The notes beneath the pieces were generated by a model. That model ran no database searches. It saw nothing but the letters and a program-made list of their open reading frames with translations, and was not told the origin of the DNA. The translations under genes and the position numbers were made by a program. From Azolla caroliniana (Eukaryota > Plantae > Polypodiophyta), in the NCBI GenBank assembly GCA_043228905.1, contig JBHGNT010001352.1, positions 1 to 9,550 of the forward strand: a stretch of 9,550 nucleotides of DNA, given 5' to 3'. Within the stretch, counting starts at the first letter, position 1; every line of letters starts with the position of its first letter. Positions 1 through 9,000 of this stretch are shown piece by piece.

Positions 1-385
1 AAACTAAAAACCATTATGGGGTTTAACACAAGAGAGATTAAAGAAAGCACAAGCATATCTGCAAAACAAAAGCCCATCTACCTGATATATATTCAAGATA
101 GGAGTGACCCACACACACATATGATATTCAAGATACCTAGAATGCACTCTTAGTAGAAGAGCTGTAAATGATGATGGGGAAGCCAAATCACGCTTCATAA
201 ATAACTACTAAATGCTGAGTGAGAAATCTTGTCCAAAGATCCCATCCAATGTACAAAATATTCTTTTAGGAATACAGTTCTGAAAAAAAGACTGTCCAAC
301 TCTAACAGCAATCAAGAAATATTATTTTATATAGGAATCGTTTTTTAGTTTAACAGGAGCAACCTAAAGGCCTTTAATTCCAACA
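1..385 (-). repeat. 3' LTR of the copia element (partial, continues beyond window start)
   Basis: Minus strand reads AAGTGGGAGG-T-TGTTGGAATTAAAGG: a purine tract, then a canonical TGTTG LTR start at 385, just downstream of RNase H. Positions 1-144 resemble 5391-5514. Confidence 0.8.
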
Positions 386-386
386 A

Positions 387-396
387 CCTCCCACTT
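387..396 (-). other. Polypurine tract (PPT) of the copia element
   Basis: AAGTGGGAGG on the - strand, one base before the TG that starts the 3' LTR. Confidence 0.8.
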
Positions 397-429
397 AAAA
401 AGGAGCTAGGTTACTCCCTAATAATTCTT

Positions 430-825
430 ACTCTGCTGGATTCTCAGTGGTCTCAATCTTTACTAGTTAGATTATACAATCCTCTATCACCTCTCTAATA
501 AAATGATAGTGGATTTTCGATATGTTCTGTCCTTGCATTGTAAACAAGGTTCTTTGCCAAATATATGGCACTTTGATTATAACAATGCAGGAATGAAATT
601 TGCTTTGGGAAGTCACGCACCCTACAAAAAAGAGGTAACCAAATGGCCTCCTTGGAAAACTATGCAGCTGAGTATATCTCAGCTTCTGTAGTAGAGAGTG
701 CAACTACTCATTGCAGCCATGAACACCATGAAATAACTCAATTCCTGCGAGAGTATAAATGTAACTGTAAGTAGATTTTCTAGTGTCTACATCTCCAGCC
801 ATATCAGAATCACAATAGCCGAGAA
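430..825 (-). pseudogene. Copia RNase H domain, disrupted
   Basis: GYCDSDMAGDVDTRKST, then across frameshifts VALSTTEAE, KEAIWL, CYNQSAIYLAKNLVYNARTEHI, HYHFIREVIE and KIETTENPA; all match copia RNase H motifs. Confidence 0.93.
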
Positions 826-1344
826 AATTCAAGTTCCATTTGCCATAACAAATGCATTTTTCCTTAGTTCCTTCAAGATATTGAAGGATAGACTTAACTG
901 CAGCACAATGGTTTTGTCCAGGTTGACTCATAAATCTACTTATTAATCCTACTGCATATGCAATATCAGGCCATGTTGATCCCACTGCATAAAATGATGA
1001 CCCACCAGCTGGAGCATATGGGATAGCCTACATTTTTCTCTGTTTTCTCTTTTTGTCTTTGGGACAATGGTCTTTTAAAAGCCGTACTTGTGGTTTGAAA
1101 GGCACTAGAGATGGCTGTGCATCCATCATCTGAAATCTGTCCAATAACTTCTTAATGTACTTCTCTTGGGACACACACAGTAACATCTTTTGTCTGTTCT
1201 GCCTGATTCTTATCCCATGGATGCGGTCAGGTTTGCCGAGATCTTTCATAGAAAATGCAGATTTGAGTTGGCATTTCAATTCCTGCAATATTGTTTCCTG
1301 CTTTTGCATATAGAGACAAGACTCTGTCTTACTTTTAGTGAAGC

Positions 1345-1480
1345 CATATGAGAGCATGAAAGAGTTTAATTTCTTGTACCATAGGCGTGGAGTTTGTTTC
1401 AGCCCATATAGGCATATGAGAGAATGAAAGAGTCGAATTTCCTGTATCATTGGCATGGGGCTTGTTTCAGCCCATATTGG
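1345..1480. repeat. 68-bp tandem duplication (1345-1412 / 1413-1480) of the YGLKQ RT segment
   Basis: Hand alignment gives 10 mismatches in 68 nt. Confidence 0.9.
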
Positions 1481-1556
1481 CTGCATTGAAGTTTGCAAAC
1501 TAGATGCTCTGTTCATGAAATTTTGAACCCTTTGAAGTTGCAACATATAAAGCTCA

Positions 1557-1836
1557 TCTTTACATCCATTTGATATAACTCCAAATCTAAAAAGGCTGAA
1601 ATAGAGAAAGGTGTGTTAAGTGTAATCATTTTGATTATTTGAACAAAGACTTCTCGGAAATCGCCAAAATTGTGAATCCTTGAGGCTGTAACGTATAAAG
1701 CTCCTCATCTAGGTTTCCATGAAGGAAAGCTGTCTTTACATCCATTTGATATAACTCCAAATCTAAAAAGGCTGAAATAGAGAAAGGTGTGTTAAGTGTA
1801 GTCATTTTGATTATTGGAACAAAGACCTCCAGAAAA
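1557..1836. repeat. Direct duplication of the QMDVK RT segment (1557-1660 / 1733-1836, offset 176)
   Basis: 1557-1624 is identical to 1733-1800 (68 nt), with 6 mismatches in the next 36 nt. The left copy lacks the TAFLHGNL-coding bases. Confidence 0.92.
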
Positions 1837-1850
1837 TTGTATCCTTGTAT
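1837..1850 (+). repeat. Left target-site duplication of the LINE (TTGTATCCTTGTAT)
   Basis: Exact 14-nt match to 3313-3326; extends to 18 nt with one mismatch. Confidence 0.92.
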
Positions 1851-3209
1851 AATTCTCTCGTCCGGGATTCTGTTGGAAATGTATTGGGCCTTAGGACTCG
1901 TCTCGCCTGGGGAAAACTTGACAATGGGCCAGCAACATCAGTGAGATCCTGGATTCAATTTCAGCAGATGCTAGAAGTGGATCGGCTTAAGCAGTTATAC
2001 TCGGTATATGGGGCAAAACAATGACAACGGAAATCTCAGCGGCTTTCTCACAATCCTTGACGCGACTTCAACCAATGCAGGAGCATATGTGGTTTGGATG
2101 CCTTATGAATGGCATGATGCTTTATGTTAAAGGAATTTCTGCAGAACGATGTATTTTTTATTTCCATATTCAACATGACAATATATTGAAGCCTTATACA
2201 CCCTCAAATACTTTATTACAGAACTTACTCACTGTGCCAGTTAGAGTGATTGCCAAATCTGGTAAGAAATGGCTACTGGATCGACAACTGTCAATAGCTC
2301 AATTGTGGGATATGCTCTAGTTATATGCACGGCAACCAGTTAGTAGGCTGATTTGGGACACAGGGGGATGGTTTTGGACCAATCCCATGATGGATCCATT
2401 GCAGAAAGTTCCATTCTTTCAGTACAACGTGAAATTGGGCAGAACCTTACTCATGTCTAAGAATTTTCCAACTCCTGCAGCTCAAAAGCACTGGAATAAG
2501 TGGGGTGTTTCGAGCACTCATTTGAAGGCATATTGGACATGGATTTGGTCTTTCAAGGGACCAAACACATATATTCTCTTCAAATGGCTTTTACTACATG
2601 CAGCACTACTAGTAGGTCAATCATTGAAAGGAGATGTGGCAACTAGACTTAGACAATGTTGTTATTGCGATGACATGCAGGAAACTACTAAGCATGCTCT
2701 TTGGTCATGCTCAATAGCGCAACATGTATGGAATAAAGTTATCTCTTTATTCCTGACAATTATTGCAGGCTGCCTCTTCTCTTGGGGATCAGCGGTATGG
2801 GGGGTCTCCATTCTAGTCTCCTGTTGTATGAAGCAAATGATGCTCCGGAGGCTATGATAGTCATCAACAGACATCTAATTACTGTCTCCCCTTTTCAGCA
2901 ACCTTGTAAGCAAATGCGTGCAACCCATGTATGGAAAACAATATCTACGGTTACATTATGGATATTATGGAAGTATCGTTGTAAAAGACGATATGAGTCC
3001 ATAATTCCTCTTCTCTCAGATATATTGCCGGAATTATGGGGGAGCTTATTGGCGGTTGTCGGGGGCAATATGACAATATCTCAGGCTCTTCAGAGGTTGT
3101 TTTGAAGAAAAGATAAAAATTACTGCAATTATGGAGGAAGTTGCCTCTGTTCACAGTCTCCTCTAAAGGACCGTTATGGAGATATCAACACCCCTGGTCC
3201 TTGCCCTGA
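1851..3209 (+). pseudogene. LINE ORF2 C-terminal region (zf-RVT, CCHC), disrupted
   Basis: ORFs 2021-2320 and 2387-2857 share a frame, separated by one TAG. Motifs: WTWIWSFKGP..FKWLLLHAAL, CCYCDDMQETTKHALWSCSIAQHVW (CX2CX8HX4C), then after a frameshift LWILWKYRC (WxxWxxRN-like). A further frameshift leads to TGA at 3207-3209. Confidence 0.88.
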
Positions 3210-3312
3210 CCATTTCTTTTGTATATAATACTCCCTGATTTTACATTTTTGTAGCCCTCTCGCACTTTTCTTAATACTAATGAAGGAAATCTTTTTGGAA
3301 AATAAAATAAAT
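1851..3312 (+). mobile_element. 5'-truncated non-LTR retrotransposon (LINE, L1/Tx1-like) nested in the copia RT
   Basis: Bounded by a 14-bp TSD, encodes the ORF2 C-terminus with a zf-RVT motif, and ends in a short T-rich 3' UTR and A-rich tail (AAAATAAAATAAA, 3299-3311). Removing it and one TSD copy restores copia RT (LVARGYKQIQGYNFLEVF). Confidence 0.93.
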
Positions 3313-3326
3313 TTGTATCCTTGTAT
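3313..3326 (+). repeat. Right target-site duplication of the LINE
   Basis: TTGTATCCTTGTAT, identical to 1837-1850, directly after the A-rich tail. Confidence 0.92.
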
Positions 3327-3525
3327 TTGCTTGTACCCTCTAGCTACTAGATGAGCCTTATACTTGGGTTTACCTTCTAGCATCTTTAATTTATGTACAC
3401 ACTTGTTGGGTACAGCCTTTTTGCCTTTGGGCAGCTCGCATTTGTGTTATTCTCATTTAAATCTGATGTGTTATTCTCATGGAGTGTGTTGATCTCCTCG
3501 TGCATAGCAAGCTCCCACTTGGTTA
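3313..3525 (-). pseudogene. Copia RT N-terminal part (upstream of the LINE insertion)
   Basis: KWELAMHEEINTLHENNT and GKPKYKAHLVARGYKQIQG match the copia motifs W..AM.EE...L..N.TW and YKARLVA.G..Q..G. Confidence 0.92.
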
Positions 3526-3526
3526 A

Positions 3527-3627
3527 AAGAGACTCCTCGTTCATATGTCCTTGTCTTTTTAAGAGTAAGAGACTCCTCATTCATATGTCCTAGTCTTTTT
3601 AAGAGTAAGAGACTCCCCATCATATGT
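3527..3627. repeat. 40-bp tandem repeat, about 2.5 copies
   Basis: Unit AAGAGACTCCTCATTCATATGTCCTAGTCTTTTTAAGAGT, with minor variants, starts at 3527, 3567 and (partial) 3607. Confidence 0.92.
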
Positions 3628-3949
3628 TAAAAGAATCTGACGAAGAGTTGGATCATACCTTTGGGTTGGACACGTCATTCGTGTTCATCTCCCAACCCAA
3701 TGATCTATGTTATCTGGAATTGGTTCCAAATCAAATGGAATATCTTCTTGTTGTAGCTCAGTAGGCATTTTTTCATTTGTAGGGCATGACTGTCTATAAT
3801 TTCTCTTTTTTGCTGTCCGTCTTCTTCTGGAAATACAATTAGTTATTTATATTTGTTCATCACCCTGAAGTTATTTTGGAGTCAATGGTTGGCTATTGCT
3901 GAAATTTCACTCTTTTTGTTGATTCTGTTGAGGTATAATTGCTTTTCAG

Positions 3950-4610
3950 CAGCTTTGCTTCATTGAATACATCACAACTTTCCGATTACTTTTTGGAGTT
4001 GCGGTAACCAAACTTTGTAATCCTTTTCACCTTCTGTACCATATCCGAGAATATGGTGTAGCTTGTTTATTAACTCCTGTCTAATGTGGATAATAGCGTC
4101 ACAGCCAAAAATTGGCAGATGATCATACTAGGCTAATTTGCCAAAGCAAATCTCCCCCGATATGCCGCGGATTGTGTGGGGATCAATTAAGAATATGTAT
4201 TATAGTCTGTAAAGTTTCTCCCCAAAATGCATGAGGGAGATTAGCTGTGGATAGCATACATCAAACCATTTCATATAATGTCCTATTGTATTGTTCATCC
4301 ACACCATGAGTGCCTAATTGTCTATCCTAAGATATTTCAGTTTTAAATCTGTTGAGTAGTAGTAAATACATGAAAGTTTCTATAAACAGTAGACACTTCA
4401 GTCTTATCCTTTATCCTTTGAGGAGTAACCATCAATGTAAGGAGCCTTTGTGGGATTTAATAATTATATGAAGAACTAGTGTAAGAAGAGCTCTTTACTT
4501 GTTTTCCATAAATGCAGTCATTGCAAAAAGCAAGTTTGTTACCTATGGGTAGAATGTCAAAGGCCTTTTGGCTCATATGGCCTAATCTTTTGCAACTGCA
4601 ATGAATTAAT
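3950..4610 (-). pseudogene. Copia GAG-pre-integrase and integrase, disrupted and internally deleted
   Basis: KRLGHMSQK...FCNDCIYGKQ, KLKYLRIDN, HGVDEQYNRTLYEMV*CML...LPHAFWGE, HLPIFGC, ILGYGTEGEKDYKVW...DVFNE. Confidence 0.9.
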
Positions 4611-4793
4611 GAGGAAGAGCTTGACCTGAAAGGCAGTAGTTTGCACCTCTCTTGCTGCCCCAAGGAGTATTATTCCCTCTTCTCTTTTTATCTTATATAC
4701 TTTTATATTTACGGAATATTATTTACTTATTTTTTTGATTTGTTCTCTTGTTTGGTCTTATAGGCCATTTTGGCCTCTTAAAAGACGTTAATA

Positions 4794-4796
<3 letters not shown>

Positions 4797-4824
<28 letters not shown>
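4797..4824 (+). repeat. (CTTT)7 microsatellite
   Basis: Seven perfect CTTT units read directly. Confidence 0.95.
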
Positions 4825-4829
<5 letters not shown>

Positions 4830-4889
4830 TTGTTTCCAACTCCACATCATCTTTCTTTTCTGTTGTACCTTGTTTCCAACTCTTGTTTG

Positions 4890-5318
4890 TAAAATCTACA
4901 ATCAGGCTATTTATGCCCTTTTCAGCCACATTGAAAGTAAGTCATTTCTTTCCCCTTGATTTTGCTTTTGGACCTTGTTATATTTGGTAGAACTAGAAGA
5001 CTTGCCACTTGGTTTTTTGACGAATTTCTTCATTAAGAATTGCTCCTCTAACTCAATCAAATGTAAGACTTGCACTATTTGAGAGTGAGACGACAAGGGC
5101 CTCTGACATCTTGAAGCTAATTGTCAGGAGTAAACCATTTTGTCATCAAAGATTTGCAAGCCCACATCTTGAAGCTAATTGAGTAAACCATTGAATGTTG
5201 AGATGCATTCAGCTGCAAACTTGGCATCTTCAAATCATGCAACCATGAGATTTCTGATCAATTGAACTTGATTCACTTCAGAGGTTGACTTGTACAGTCT
5301 TCAATTTACTCCATACCT
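4890..5318 (-). pseudogene. Copia gag remnant with decayed CCHC zinc knuckle
   Basis: VWSKLK, LYKSTSEVNQVQLIRNL, ISTFNGLLN*LQDVGLQIFDDK, LVVSLSNSASLTFD*VRGAILNEEIR, and YFQCG*KGHK*PDC (4898-4939; CX2CX4HX4C spacing with TAC in place of the first Cys). Confidence 0.85.
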
Positions 5319-5390
5319 GAAAGAAGCAATGGAGCTCCTGAAAGTATGCAATGCTCACTCTGAAAGTTTTCTGAAATATCAGAGATATAG

Positions 5391-5514
5391 AAACAAAAAA
5401 ATGATTAGGAGGTTTAACACATAGGAAAGATTAAAGAAAGCAGAAGCAGTTTGCAAAACAATTATGTACTAGGAGTGCACACATACATATGTGCCATTCA
5501 AGATACATCGAATA
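5391..5514 (-). repeat. Probable 5' LTR remnant of the copia element
   Basis: Shares GGTTTAACACA, AGATTAAAGAAAGCA, TGCAAAACAA, AGGAGTG and ATTCAAGATAC, in the same order, with positions 1-144. True ends are not visible. Confidence 0.75.
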
Positions 5515-5951
5515 CGAAAGTTTAATACTATACTATGTATAATATGTTTCAGAAAACAATATAGACTTAGATTAAGCTTTTTATATGTTTTATTTTGTCT
5601 ATTAGTTTGATAGGTTTGGATATTCTTCAAGCTTATTGAAAACATTTGGTTTTAGCATATGGTTAGAATCTCTTCTAGGGAAGTAGAATACTCTAATTTG
5701 TATATGCTGTATGAAGCTAATGGTTTACAAATACATATTGACTATCGTCAATACATGTTCAAATTAAAAATTTGGTGGCCCCAATAAATATTTTGTTATT
5801 TAAGCATGAGCTTCATTTATATTATTTTTAACCTAAGTTGCTATATAGTACCACACATGAGCATATATATTTTGGGTTTCCATTGGCCTGTGAACAGTAG
5901 TTGTATATCCATAGGCCTGTGAACTGATTAATAATGTTTTCTGCAATGCAG

Positions 5952-6023
5952 CTTCTTCAATCGACAGAAGAGCAATATGTGAATTTTCAATCAATACCTG
6001 TTCCCGCGAGTAGAAAGTGTATG
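5952..6023 (+). CDS. EMF2: EMF2-like exon A (LLQSTEEQYVNFQSIPVPASRKCM)
   Basis: tgcag acceptor, gtgcgt donor, 72 nt, phase 0. Loosely resembles the EMF2 segment preceding QxQV. Confidence 0.7.
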
Positions 6024-9000
6024 GTGCGTGGACATAAGTGTTGAAGAATTTATATGTATCCATGCTTCGTAGGGAATTGCTTACATTAGGAACTTGTCAT
6101 TACATGATTGGTTGCAGGGGCAGCTTCAAGTACATGTTTCAGGAGAGGAGTGTAGTACTGAAATTGATGAAATTTGCTCTCCAGCAGGAAGTGGAAGAGT
6201 CTTGTTTTGCCCTTCTTTAAATGGACAGAGGTGACTATTGCATATTGTCATTGTATTGTTTTCAAACTTCCATGCAAAACCTTTACTATAAATATCTCAG
6301 CCCTGAAAATTTGAATAACTTTAGTTTATAAACAAATAAGTCTGTTGCGCACTTTTTGAAATTGATCTGTGAAGTATTGGCGAGTTTGACAATTCTGTGA
6401 ACATAGACCTTTTATCACATATGATTGTAATAGAGTGTTTTCTCTTCATGGTTTGCGTATAAACATGCAAATAGTATAATCCAAAATTATAGATATTTCA
6501 TTTCATTGAGATAGTATGTGATGTAGGTTACAACCTTGGCAAATATGATTGTAATAGAGTGTTTTCTCTTCATGGTTTGCGTATAGACATGCAAATAGTA
6601 TAATAAAAAATTATAGATATTTCATCTCATTGAAATAGTATGTGATGTAGGTTACAAGCTGGGCAAGTCATTTTTCACTATTACTACTATTTTAATCGGC
6701 TATACAAATCAGAAGGTAAGTACTTAATTTTAATTGGATTTTGAGAACGCAATTTTATATCATGTTTCACATTCTAGTATTTGGAGCTTTAAAAATGGAT
6801 TTGCTTTAAAATTTCACTGATAGAGTATATGTAAAAAAATAGAGTGGATGGAAACTAGATGGTCATACCCCTGGGTGATGAAATTTATGTAATTTATACT
6901 GTTATATAAATAGATATGCCGCCATTTGTTTCAAAATAAATAATTTATCCCATTTTCTGGGATATGGGAAGGAAACTGAAGTAATTAAACTTTTTTTTTT
7001 GAGTATTTGCAGTGACAGAAAATTATACTTGTTCTTTTTGTGTGCGGCGTTGCGTTAACTTGAAGGTTCACAGCAATTTCTTTTAATATTTCCAAAGATT
7101 TCACCTTCTCATACTTATTGTTAGCCTGTCGTTTGATTTCATGGTTATATCACTTTTATGCAGGGTTTGAGATGTCATTTAAACTCCTCACATGACCTGT
7201 TTAGATTTGAATTCTTTGTAAGTATAAACACATCTGCATTTATGATGTGCATATGCCTGATGTTTAATAATATCTCTGTTGCTTGTTTATAGGTGACTGG
7301 AGACTACCGCATTGTCAGTGTATTTTGTCGTAATGATGTACTTGGCCCCGAGGTATCTTTTTATATTTTATTATGTATCTGAATGCTTGTGCTGTACAAT
7401 ATAGTAGTGGCAATAATGGGAATTGACGTGGGAAACAATGATTGTTTTGTTTTGGTTATAGAGCACGATAAGCTGAATATTTAATGTTGATGCTATGGAT
7501 AATGTTTTCAAAAGTTGGAATGGGCAATTATGCTATTTATAGTAAGTGTGTCGCCTTGGATGCTCTAAACAGTCAAACCTTAGATGGCATTTCTTGCTGG
7601 GTATCTCTCTGATTCTCATAGTGTTGATACTACCTTATGCAAAGAATAGCTATAATGAAATCATGACTATGGAGAACAAGAAAATAATGAATTTCCAACC
7701 TAATTGTTCTATTGCCAACGTTGTGCTAATCCTTGACAAATATTGAAATAACACTGACAAATAAAGCCTATTCAGAGATTTCCTTGATAATTAACCCTGA
7801 TAGTAATAGAAATGACATATACCTAATGCATCTAGTGGTATAACACATTTACAAGGTCATATGGTGTTTGGGATATTCCTGATGAAATGTCTTACTTGCT
7901 TACCATTTATAACGTACATTAGGGGACATGCAAAACCTTACCATAGTGTGTAGAAAAAGCTTGGATTTGATACTTACCATCCATCGGTTGAGCCAAGGAT
8001 GTGTATCTCTGGGTTAAATATAGAAGACATGCACGTGTCTTTGTTGAGTTAGTGGTGATGTCAAAACCACTACCCATTCATTGTTTAGATTCTGATGCCT
8101 CTTCAGAGATAGAATTTGTCATTTTGGGAGCACTGAATGTATCAATTGTAGAGTAATCTCCTATCTTTGTTTTACCTTTGACAATCAAAACTCAGATGGT
8201 GATGTCCTTTCTTTGGAAGAAGAGGAATGGATTTCAGCTGTATGGGCCTTCCTTCATTCCTTTTGCATAAGTTTGAACACCGACAGGATCTTGATGATAT
8301 GCACATACTTAGTGTGGCGGGGCAAATTTGAGCAAAATTTGTATGCCTAGATTATTGTGATCTTATTGTAATTATTATATGTGTGAAATCTGTCAAGCAT
8401 GACTGGGGTATATGAAGTTTCCTATTGTTCGACATAAACCATTAGAAACCTAGATCTTCTTTCTTTCACAGCAAAGATGTATATGCATATTCTTAAATGC
8501 CTTGTTTTTCCCAGGTTTGTGCAAGGTTCTGCTTGATGAGGGGTTATGGTTTTTCTTTTTAACTCACAATGCAAGGCCTTCTTTTTTTATCAGGGTAATG
8601 TACGCGATGTTGATGGGCTGAATGATCCTCGTCTCAAGCACTTTGTGTATTGGTATGGCCTTATTTCAATTCTTGTATTTCTTTTTTCAGAATATCATGG
8701 TCTTGTATGGTGTGGATCAGGTCTAAATCTGGCCGCCGCCGAAGATCAGTACCATTAGTTGATAATATTGCTAGGCAGTCGGTTATTAGTTCTCAGAACA
8801 GAAGTTCTGCTATCCATGATTATCAATTGAAGGATCCTTCCACTTCACTACAGTTAGTTCCAGCTAGAATTCAAACATTTAGTACTGATGTTACAATGTC
8901 TAAAGGATATAGACCTTCCACTCAAAAGCTAGAGGAATCATCAGGCTGCCAAGTATTATCCAGCAACCCACCTAAAGCCATCTCTTGTGCATCAACATTC

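Larger units (their letters stand above)
826..1850 (-). pseudogene. Copia reverse transcriptase (RVT_2), portion downstream of the LINE insertion, disrupted
   Basis: IQGYNFLEVFVPIIKMTT...LDLELYQMDVKTAFLHGNLDEELYTLQPQG, LYGLKQTPRLWYKKL, FSMKDLG, SQEKYIKKLLDRF, PDIAYAVGLISRFMSQPG. The YVDD catalytic segment is absent. Confidence 0.95.
1..5514 (-). mobile_element. Degenerate Ty1/copia LTR retrotransposon (Tnt1-like), interrupted by a LINE; 3' LTR runs off the left edge
   Basis: Minus-strand domain order is gag, zinc knuckle, GAG-pre-integrase/integrase, RT, RNase H, PPT, LTR (integrase before RT = copia). Many stops, frameshifts and deletions. Related sequence at 1-144 and 5391-5514 marks the two LTRs. 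Confidence 0.95.

Noticed and set aside
503-691. Short ORFs antisense to the TEs (503-691, 2662-2874, 2951-3154, 3393-3593)
   Set aside because: Shadow frames of retroelement coding sequence.
3527-3627. CRISPR-like array
   Set aside because: Head-to-tail repeats with no unique spacers, in eukaryotic TE context.
4723-4990. ORFs 4723-4929 (-) and 4748-4990 (+)
   Set aside because: By-products of the (CTTT)n repeat and decayed gag; no independent coding signal.
5307-5320. GGTATGGAGT after ...TTTCA on the - strand as a tRNA-iMet PBS
   Set aside because: Poor match to TGGTATCAGAGC, and better explained as gag codons (VWSKLK).
5736-5753. Hairpin TATTGAC-TATC-GTCAATA
   Set aside because: A 7-bp stem is expected by chance in AT-rich DNA, and there is no TIR/TSD structure.
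6038-6220. 60-aa ORF overlapping exon B
   Set aside because: Wrong frame; the EMF2-like frame (GQLQVHV...) is the one that splices correctly.
7546-7746. 66-aa hydrophobic ORF inside an intron
   Set aside because: GTG start, AT-rich intron composition and no recognisable motif.
8190-8350. Possible extra exon or hairpin (AGGAATG...CATTCCT) in the 1.2-kb intron
   Set aside because: No EMF2 similarity, exons F and G join in phase without it, and the stem is too short for a miRNA precursor.
8505-8692. Alternative acceptors at 8513-8514 and 8689-8690
   Set aside because: The first runs into a stop after 15 codons. The second needs a 38-nt intron and creates TGA. Nothing in the sequence shows either is used.
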